DNA of 64,000 nt from positions 124,001-188,000 of the IMG/VR virus record IMGVR_UViG_3300042923_000474; one strand, 5' to 3'. Shown piece after piece: positions 19,259-26,350 of this stretch (position 1 is its first letter; every line of letters starts with the position of its first letter). The position numbers were made by a program, and so were the translations under genes. The notes beneath the pieces were generated by a model. It searched no databases and had not been told where the DNA came from. It worked only from the letters and a program-made list of their open reading frames with translations.

Positions 19259-19807
19259 ATGACAACTATCGTTTACAGTCACGATGAGCGCGCTATTGCT
19301 ACCGACAGCCGCGTCATCCGTAACCAAGGCACTAGTGAGGCTGAAATCTCCACCTTTGCCGAAAAGGTCTACACCAGTAAGTGCGGGCGCCTTTACCTGA
19401 CCAAAGCAGGTCCGGGTTGGACTGATGAGTTCTTTGAGAAGGTTGCCGTGGCGTTAATCCCTAAGTTGTTCAAGCTTAAGGACAAACCCAACACCTTGCT
19501 GAACCTTGGTCGATTGATGGCCAATACCAGTCAGGACGTCTTCTCCTACAGTGACACCGTTCTGGCGGTTACAGCTGACGGGGCATACGTGCTAGAAGAG
19601 CGTAAGACACGCATTCTAGCTGCAGGTGACATTGTCGCTATGGGTAGCGGGGAGTATTACTCTCGCGCAGCTGTAGTGGCCGGACAGAGCGTTGTAGACG
19701 CTGTCAAGGTTACCCTTCGATTCGATCGGTTGTCAGGTGGTGGGGTTCATCACTACAAGGCCTCTGATCTTAAGCCAATGGTTCAAGAGGAGATGGTTGA
19801 TGAGTAA
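19259..19807 (+). CDS. Ntn-hydrolase, HslV/proteasome-beta-like peptidase
   Basis: N-terminal MTTIV (Thr nucleophile), ATDSR, EKV, AMGSG, D-x-x-SGGG. Confidence 0.8.
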   Translation: MTTIVYSHDERAIATDSRVIRNQGTSEAEISTFAEKVYTSKCGRLYLTKAGPGWTDEFFEKVAVALIPKLFKLKDKPNTLLNLGRLMANTSQDVFSYSDTVLAVTADGAYVLEERKTRILAAGDIVAMGSGEYYSRAAVVAGQSVVDAVKVTLRFDRLSGGGVHHYKASDLKPMVQEEMVDE

Positions 19808-20378
19808 CCTCTGCCTGTTCAAAGATGAACGCATCCGCTTCTCTCCCATCATCGAAAGTTCCTCCCATCCACCGATCATGCAAGAGCTGGAAGACTGGTT
19901 AACACCGGAAGGTCTGGTTCTGCCGCTGACTCGTGGTGCGTTGGAACTGCGTGAGGTTCTGCTCGACCCGACCTATCACGCTGATCTGATGTATGAAGAC
20001 GGGATCATGGGGTTGGTAGTTCGGCCTAACGGTCGACTGGTAGTAGGTGAGTTCACTCGCAACGAACGTAATCGTTCGCTGACCCGACCTATCTTCATGG
20101 TGCGCCCTACTGGCAAGAATGCCAAATGGGCAATGGCGGGCTCACGACTGGCTGAACAATCAGCGATGGTCATGTTGGAGTTCACTGAGGATCTGAGTAA
20201 GGTCATTGACGACCTCGATCGTATCGAACCGATGCTGACCGGGGGTTACGAGGAATGGGATTATGCGAAGCTTGTCGAATACGTCGCAGGAGAAGTCAAA
20301 GCCCGGTTCCCAGCTAAACCCAAATCTCCCACTCGAAGGGGAATACATACCAGCGACGAAGGGGGAGACTCCGAGTAG
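19800..20378 (+). CDS. Hypothetical protein, possible degenerate Ntn/proteasome-like paralogue
   Basis: Coupled to the HslV-like gene; WAMAGS...LDRIEPMLTGGY parallels AMGSG...LRFDRLSGGGV. Confidence 0.65.
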   Translation: MSNLCLFKDERIRFSPIIESSSHPPIMQELEDWLTPEGLVLPLTRGALELREVLLDPTYHADLMYEDGIMGLVVRPNGRLVVGEFTRNERNRSLTRPIFMVRPTGKNAKWAMAGSRLAEQSAMVMLEFTEDLSKVIDDLDRIEPMLTGGYEEWDYAKLVEYVAGEVKARFPAKPKSPTRRGIHTSDEGGDSE

Positions 20379-20688
20379 TCACTCCTTCGCTGCCGAAGAT
20401 ATCTACGGGTTCGATGAAGTGTTGGAAGCGATTGTTAAACTTGAGGACGTCTTTAAGACGGTGATTGTTAACCCTCAAGTCTCAGACGCAGGAAGAATTC
20501 TACCTGACCTCTTTAATCAAGATGGCACGTTGAATGAAGCGGCAGTTACCGAAAGGAATCGCCGCATAGAAGCCGTACGCGCTCGCCAGAAGATCCAGTC
20601 TGATGTTGATGACTTCATCTGGCGAGTTGGTATGCCACTGTTAGGTGTCATGTTGATTGGCATCGCAGTGATGACACGTTTTATTTAA
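20347..20688 (+). CDS. Hypothetical protein with a C-terminal TM helix (start uncertain)
   Basis: Open frame from 20263; the best SD (AAGGGGA) precedes an ATA at 20347; hydrophobic C-terminus. Confidence 0.55.
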   Translation: MPATKGETPSSHSFAAEDIYGFDEVLEAIVKLEDVFKTVIVNPQVSDAGRILPDLFNQDGTLNEAAVTERNRRIEAVRARQKIQSDVDDFIWRVGMPLLGVMLIGIAVMTRFI

Positions 20689-20724
20689 TCCACTAGAGCC
20701 CCACTTGGGGTAAGGAACCGCCAC

Positions 20725-21108
20725 ATGGCACAAGCAAACACGATTGAACAACAAGTAATGGCGTATCTGGTACAGTGCGCTATTGAACGCCGGACAACTA
20801 CCTACGAAGAGGTGGCTGCCCATTTCGGCTTACCGACCACCTGGCCCCGTTTGAGTCAGGTACTGTCGCCCATTCTCTACCGCATCTATGACTGGTGCGA
20901 TAAGAAACGCCTGCCTAAGCTTACCATTCTTGTGGTGCGTAAGTCGGGTGCCGACATGGCATTGCCGGGTAAAGGCTTCTGGTCGATCAGTGGGTTGCAC
21001 CACACCGACCGCAAGGAACGCATCCTGTTAACCGAAATGTGGACCACGGAAGTGTACGCCTATTTCGAAGTACCCACGACTGGGTTTGAGGGCGGCAATG
21101 GCCATTGA
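20725..21108 (+). CDS. Winged-helix-like DNA-binding protein (TY.E.A ... LP.L..LVV.K.G ... PG.GF family)
   Basis: TTYEEVA, LPKLTILVVRKSG, LPGKGFW; AAGGA RBS. Confidence 0.65.
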   Translation: MAQANTIEQQVMAYLVQCAIERRTTTYEEVAAHFGLPTTWPRLSQVLSPILYRIYDWCDKKRLPKLTILVVRKSGADMALPGKGFWSISGLHHTDRKERILLTEMWTTEVYAYFEVPTTGFEGGNGH

Positions 21109-21340
21109 AGACGAGTACCTGCATATCTACCAGAACATGCAAGGCCGTTATGAAGACGGCCATCGCACGGTTACTTCTCGGGTGGATGTGATCAATGAGG
21201 ATGGGATGTACGTGCGTGAGTTTGAGGAGGAGATCCCGGTTCCCCATCGTAAAGGTGTCGGCACCATCTGGACTCCCAACAGCTTCGACGCCTTCGCAAC
21301 CCCTCCACCCCGCCACCGTTATCGGAGTCGGATCGTATGA
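21098..21340 (+). CDS. Small hypothetical protein, N-x-Q family
   Basis: LHIYQNMQGRYEDG; overlapping start and stop. Confidence 0.65.
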   Translation: MAIEDEYLHIYQNMQGRYEDGHRTVTSRVDVINEDGMYVREFEEEIPVPHRKGVGTIWTPNSFDAFATPPPRHRYRSRIV

Positions 21341-21552
21341 GAGAGCTAAGATTCGTCAACACCCAGTGCCACTCGCCGGATGGCGTTCCTATGGGGCGCT
21401 CTTCGATGTTCACCGTCATGGATCAGGAAGGGCGTGTGGTGGCCTCGCAGTGGGTCAACAAAGAGGGTGGACCTCGCAAGCGCTACACCTTCTACCCCAA
21501 TACCTCGGCCTGGCAGCGTAGCTACCCATTGTCCGAACGGAGGGTGCGATGA
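21337..21552 (+). CDS. Small hypothetical protein, N-x-Q family
   Basis: ATGA overlap; LRFVNTQCHSPDG. Confidence 0.65.
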   Translation: MRELRFVNTQCHSPDGVPMGRSSMFTVMDQEGRVVASQWVNKEGGPRKRYTFYPNTSAWQRSYPLSERRVR

Positions 21553-21755
21553 GTATCCAATACACCAACAAACAAATGCTGGTCATGGGTCCTTACCGTT
21601 GGCCAGAGGAACATCAGGCTCGCGCCTTCTTTACGGTGACCACACCTGAGTACAAAAACTTGGTCAGATTCTGGCCTTGGGATGGCGTGCGAGATCACTT
21701 GTCCATTGGTCCAGACTGGGCGTGGAGTAAGCACTATCCACGTAGCACTCAATGA
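21549..21755 (+). CDS. Small hypothetical protein, N-x-Q family
   Basis: ATGA overlap, GGAGG RBS; IQYTNKQ. Confidence 0.65.
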   Translation: MSIQYTNKQMLVMGPYRWPEEHQARAFFTVTTPEYKNLVRFWPWDGVRDHLSIGPDWAWSKHYPRSTQ

Positions 21756-21973
21756 AGACTCTTCTCTACTACAACCAGCAAAGGCCCGAGGCCCATAGAA
21801 CGAAGGTCGATCATGTAGTCATCGTTGATGGTGAGCGCTGCTACGGTCGATTCACGATCACGCTGACCGATGGTACGGTTGATGACGACTGGGTCTTCAA
21901 CTGCCGCAAGTGGGCGAAGAACATCACGCCTCCTTTCGTTTACAAACCACCGCCTAACTACGAGTTCATCTAA
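21752..21973 (+). CDS. Small hypothetical protein, N-x-Q family
   Basis: ATGA overlap; LLYYNQQ. Confidence 0.65.
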   Translation: MKTLLYYNQQRPEAHRTKVDHVVIVDGERCYGRFTITLTDGTVDDDWVFNCRKWAKNITPPFVYKPPPNYEFI

Positions 21974-22185
21974 TGAGCGACGTTATTACCAGCACGCAGC
22001 GACGACAACTGTCTGGCGAAACCCTCAATACCTACAACCGGTATTTGGGTGGTGGTAACCGTCAACTTGTCTGTCGCTTGACCAACGATAAAGGTGAAAG
22101 TTCGTACGCCATGAATGGCACCTACGATCGTGGGGCCTGTACCAACTACCCGTGGTTCAGGAAAGAAGGGCCACCAGCGTTCTAA
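21973..22185 (+). CDS. Small hypothetical protein, N-x-Q-like family
   Basis: TAATG overlap; ITSTQRRQLSG, similar to the 13950 ORF. Confidence 0.6.
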   Translation: MSDVITSTQRRQLSGETLNTYNRYLGGGNRQLVCRLTNDKGESSYAMNGTYDRGACTNYPWFRKEGPPAF

Positions 22186-22282
22186 GCATTGCTCCCCTAC
22201 CTTCGGGTAGGGGAGTTTATGCCCTCACCTCTTTTTTTTTTGTTCGACGGCATAATGGCCGGGCCGAAGCCCGACCACCACT
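22186..22282. terminator. Back-to-back terminators between convergent units
   Basis: CTCCCCTACC-TTCG-GGTAGGGGAG-TTTATGCCC on plus; GGTCGGGC-TTCG-GCCCGGCC-ATTATGCC on minus. Confidence 0.8.
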
Positions 22283-23158
22283 TTACGCCTGCAGACCAAC
22301 GGCGTTCTGCGCAGCTTCCTCGATCGACTTCTTGTAGCCTCGGCCAGCGGCCTCGACGTCGGCGTGGATGCTGTCGAACGCAGCCGGACGGTTGTTCGGA
22401 GACACGCCAGTCAGGGAGATGCTGTTGAGCACTTCCTGGGCGAACTCGAACACAGCCTGAGTCGACTCGGTCACAGAGGTGAACTCCATGGACAGGGTCA
22501 GCGCAGTGTCGCCTTCTGGCAGGTTGCGAACCATTTCGCGAGGGATACCGGACGAAGGCATCATGTTGCTGAGCAGGGCAGCTTCCACCACGTAGCGGTG
22601 GGTTGGGTCTGGCTCGATGAAGAGCATGCTCATTGACATGAAGTTTTCCAGGATTTCCTCTGGCATGTCCGAGACAGCCATGTGGAGGATTTCCGGGAAC
22701 TTCGTTTCCGGGTTCATCATCGCAGTACGTTGCCAGTAGGTGTAGAAACGGGTGATGACCTTCCCGTACTTCTCCTGATAGCTGAACGAAGGCGTGGATT
22801 CCGCCTGCATCATGTTCTGGATGATTCGCAACTTCTGGCCACCGCCGCCCACTGCAGTTTCTGCAAACTCAGGCGTGATGGTGAGGTTGATACCCTCGAT
22901 GGAGAGTGGATGCTCTTCGACCAGAACCTTGAGGGTTTCGATCAACAGCTGACCACCGTCGATGTAATCCATGAACAGCGGATGCTGAACAAGGATCGGA
23001 ATCATCGACTTCCGGGTGTAAGGGGTGTTGCTGGGCAGTTCGCGGAAGTTGGGCATGAAGCCCATCTGTTGACCCATCCGCGGGTCCACTACGGGCGAGT
23101 ATGCACCCTTCACGAACCCCTGCTTACCCAGCATGCGGTTTACATAGTCGTTTGCCAT
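22283..23158 (-). CDS. Tail tube protein (phiKZ gp30-like)
   Basis: 291 aa, downstream of the sheath gene; MLFIEPDPT motif. Confidence 0.85.
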   Translation of the reverse strand: MANDYVNRMLGKQGFVKGAYSPVVDPRMGQQMGFMPNFRELPSNTPYTRKSMIPILVQHPLFMDYIDGGQLLIETLKVLVEEHPLSIEGINLTITPEFAETAVGGGGQKLRIIQNMMQAESTPSFSYQEKYGKVITRFYTYWQRTAMMNPETKFPEILHMAVSDMPEEILENFMSMSMLFIEPDPTHRYVVEAALLSNMMPSSGIPREMVRNLPEGDTALTLSMEFTSVTESTQAVFEFAQEVLNSISLTGVSPNNRPAAFDSIHADVEAAGRGYKKSIEEAAQNAVGLQA

Positions 23159-23212
23159 GACAATAGCATCCTCATGTCACTCTCCCCTTGCGGGGAGAGC
23201 GGGGGGTGGGGG

Positions 23213-25288
23213 TTAAGCCGCGGCGGCTACGCCTTCCAGGGCTTCCAGGCGGTTGGTGCGCACGGTGAACGAACCCACGGTACGCAGAGGGCCCATGTAG
23301 AGGTCCACACGGCAAGACCACGAGAAGCCGCGCTTGCTATCCGACGGGGTGAACATGGTGTTTGGAACCACCGTTACACGACCATCGTATTTGCCAGCGA
23401 CTTCTTTGGCGATCAAGTTGTTCGAGCGCTGAATGAACTGCGCTTCGGTGAGACCCTTGATACCGACCAGCTTGGTCCAGACCTTACGGCAGACCTTGAT
23501 GATGTCGACAGCGGCGATCATGTTGAACGCGCCATTGAGCACCGAGGTGTCGTCTTCAAACACGGTCTGATAGGCCGGGATGAATTGGTCACGACGGTCG
23601 ACGTACTGGGCCCAGACGATGCCGTTTTCCCAGAAGTTGTCGATCATTGCTTCGGACTTGCTGCGGGCGTTGATCTCGGTGTAACCCTTGACCACGTTGT
23701 TACCCGGCTCGTCTGGCATCTTCTCACCGTCCCACAGCTGAGTACCGGCACCCATGTACTGGGCGCAGTCGTCTGCGAACTTGTAGGTGAGCGGCACCAC
23801 GGACTTGACTTTCGCCTTCGGCATGGTACCTGCGTGACCGATGATGATCGCGCGGCAGCAACCGGTGCCGTAGAGGGTGGACTCAGGATACGACATGAGT
23901 TCGTTCTTGAGCGCCACGCCGATCGAGTAGTCCTCGTTCTCTTCGTTGGCAGGCTTGCCCCACACCTGGGTAGACAGCACCAGGTAGATGTCATCGCGGT
24001 TAGCGAGCATCTGTGGGAACTTCAGCTTGGTCTCCAACGAGAAGCCCGAGTCGTACATGCAGGACATCGGCACGCGCCAGCGGTCCCACAGACGGGACGG
24101 ATGGTTCATGAAGTTGTCCAGGAAGTCGCCGACGGCCTTGTCGTAAGCTGCGTCATCCAGAGTACCGTCACCGCCGCCTTGAGCGAAGTGAGTGGTGGAC
24201 TCAGTGAAGAGCAGACCGCCGGAGGCAGGACCTTCAACTTCGATCGTGTGATACGGGTAACCCAGGTACGACTGACCAGTCAGGAAGTTAACCATGTGGA
24301 AGTCGTCTTCGGTATCACCAGCGCTACCGAACGGCAGCTCGTCTTCGTGCAGCGCCTTGAGGAACTCTTCAAGGTACTCTTCGTAGACGTGGTAGCCCGA
24401 CCAGGTACCGAAGGTATCTGGACCACCGTCGTCGGACTTGGCATTGTAGGCCTGTTTAAAGGTCTCTTCAATGCCGTATTCGGCAGCAGTGGTTTTGTCG
24501 TACACGCCTTCTTTGAACGAGAAGGTCAGGTACTGGTCACCGTCGATGGTGGTTTGGATCAGCGCGCTGGAGCGATCGTTCTTGCGCTCCATGGCCTGGA
24601 AGCGATACAGGAAAGCACGCTGATCTTCGATCAGGTCTTCACGAGTACCACCCGAGCTGCGGGCAGTCGGCGCGAGAAGGCGGAAGCCACCACGGTCGCC
24701 AGCCTTACCGCGGAACGGACGCTGGAATTCGAACAGTGGATATTTCTCGGAGCTGGAACCATCCTCGTCAGAAACGAGGTCGCCGGTACCAGCCACTTGC
24801 TGACCCAACTCGTTGCCTTTCAGCGCCGAACTGGTGATCTTCACGCGCTTTTTGGCGATGGTTGGAGTGCTCTCATCGACCAGCGGTCCAGTCGGGCCCA
24901 TTTTATAGGTGCCGTCAGAATTACGCTGATAGTTAGGGCGCACGTCTGAGACGTATTCACCCCAGATGGTGATACCTGCAGGCTTTGGAGCATCGGCCGC
25001 AACAATGCGGCAGATCATCTGCTGGTTACCAGCTTCGTTGATAGCTTCCGACAGCAACGATTGATGGCAGAAGTAGCCACCTTTGCGGTCATACATGTCA
25101 TCACCGTACAACCGCTTCATGCGAGCCCCGGAAACGATCTCGTCGGTTTCAGGACCCCAGGAAGTACGGAGCAATAGCAGCGGGGTATGCGTTGCAATCT
25201 GCAACGGTTCTACGGGCAACTGCTGATTAGAGTTGTCCTCGAACCCGTCGAAGAGAAAACGCGGGGCCGCATTTTTAACTGTGGCCAT
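23213..25288 (-). CDS. Contractile tail sheath protein (phiKZ gp29-like)
   Basis: 691 aa; NAAP N-terminus, YDSGFSLETK, YPESTLYGT.CRA, RGFSW. Confidence 0.9.
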   Translation of the reverse strand: MATVKNAAPRFLFDGFEDNSNQQLPVEPLQIATHTPLLLLRTSWGPETDEIVSGARMKRLYGDDMYDRKGGYFCHQSLLSEAINEAGNQQMICRIVAADAPKPAGITIWGEYVSDVRPNYQRNSDGTYKMGPTGPLVDESTPTIAKKRVKITSSALKGNELGQQVAGTGDLVSDEDGSSSEKYPLFEFQRPFRGKAGDRGGFRLLAPTARSSGGTREDLIEDQRAFLYRFQAMERKNDRSSALIQTTIDGDQYLTFSFKEGVYDKTTAAEYGIEETFKQAYNAKSDDGGPDTFGTWSGYHVYEEYLEEFLKALHEDELPFGSAGDTEDDFHMVNFLTGQSYLGYPYHTIEVEGPASGGLLFTESTTHFAQGGGDGTLDDAAYDKAVGDFLDNFMNHPSRLWDRWRVPMSCMYDSGFSLETKLKFPQMLANRDDIYLVLSTQVWGKPANEENEDYSIGVALKNELMSYPESTLYGTGCCRAIIIGHAGTMPKAKVKSVVPLTYKFADDCAQYMGAGTQLWDGEKMPDEPGNNVVKGYTEINARSKSEAMIDNFWENGIVWAQYVDRRDQFIPAYQTVFEDDTSVLNGAFNMIAAVDIIKVCRKVWTKLVGIKGLTEAQFIQRSNNLIAKEVAGKYDGRVTVVPNTMFTPSDSKRGFSWSCRVDLYMGPLRTVGSFTVRTNRLEALEGVAAAA

Positions 25289-25474
25289 CGGTGTAACTCC
25301 TTTAAAGGAAGGTGTTCATTCTTTGCAAAGAGGTCGCCTACCGGTCAACGCTCCCTTAGGGCCATGGTCCCCCTCGGAAGAGGCAGGCCTTGCGATAGGC
25401 CAATTTGAGTTAGCCATAAGATAATAGCTTAGCTTTCAACCGATCTTTCATATACACAACGTGCCGAGGCCAGC

Positions 25475-26350
25475 ATGATCATTGACCCCTACGAAACAAC
25501 CCTCACCCGTCCTTACCTTGCAGACAAGATCCGCAATGGGGTCGTTCAAGCAGCCCTGGCCGACAGTCCTTACGGATTGCTCTTCCGTATCGCTGACGAG
25601 CACAGTGAAGTGCCGTCCTTCACCCAGCCCATGGTTTTCGAAACGCCGGGTAATAAAGGCAAACGCATTGCAGTGGATAGCCGTCAGTACAAGGGTTCCA
25701 GTCCGTTCGTGAAAGAACAATTGGACCTGTTGGAAATGCGCGCTGCCCTGACCCTTTACGGTGTACGTGAAGAGAACCTGGCTGCGTTCTACCATCCGGT
25801 GGCCTCGACGGCCTTTGCCAACCTGATCGCTGGCATGGTCAGTCAACGATTTGGTGTAGACCCTCGTCTGAAGCTCTACATCACCGTGGTAGCGGCTGCC
25901 CACTACTACAACATTACCCATGCACTGGACAACGGCTACGGCGATCAAGACTTGCCGATGCTGATGCAGAACATCATGCGTGATCTGCGCCTGCCGGCTG
26001 ATGTGGTGGAAGCTGCATTGGACAAGTGCGAGTACGGTGACACCATGGCCTCGCTCTGCGAGAACATCAAGCGTGTCGACGATACCGATCGTACCAAGTC
26101 TCTGGTGCCCGGTTTGATCATCAACAGTTCGGGTGGTCTGTGGTTTGGCATCAATGCTGCTGAAACCGTGGGCGTGGCTTTCGAACATGCACCGACCTTC
26201 TGTGCTTTGCTGTTCAATGCGCTCGGCGATGGTTCTTACAGCCGTGGTGAAATGGCCAAGCGTTTGAAGAACGTCAACAGCGTACGTCAGAAAGCGGAAC
26301 TGTTCCGCAAGTCGATGCGCACCATTCAGGCGGAGATCACCAATGCCTAG
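25475..26350 (+). CDS. Conserved virion protein (phiKZ gp28-like)
   Basis: PYETT N-terminus, AFEHAPTF; divergent from the sheath gene as in phiKZ. Confidence 0.75.
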   Translation: MIIDPYETTLTRPYLADKIRNGVVQAALADSPYGLLFRIADEHSEVPSFTQPMVFETPGNKGKRIAVDSRQYKGSSPFVKEQLDLLEMRAALTLYGVREENLAAFYHPVASTAFANLIAGMVSQRFGVDPRLKLYITVVAAAHYYNITHALDNGYGDQDLPMLMQNIMRDLRLPADVVEAALDKCEYGDTMASLCENIKRVDDTDRTKSLVPGLIINSSGGLWFGINAAETVGVAFEHAPTFCALLFNALGDGSYSRGEMAKRLKNVNSVRQKAELFRKSMRTIQAEITNA

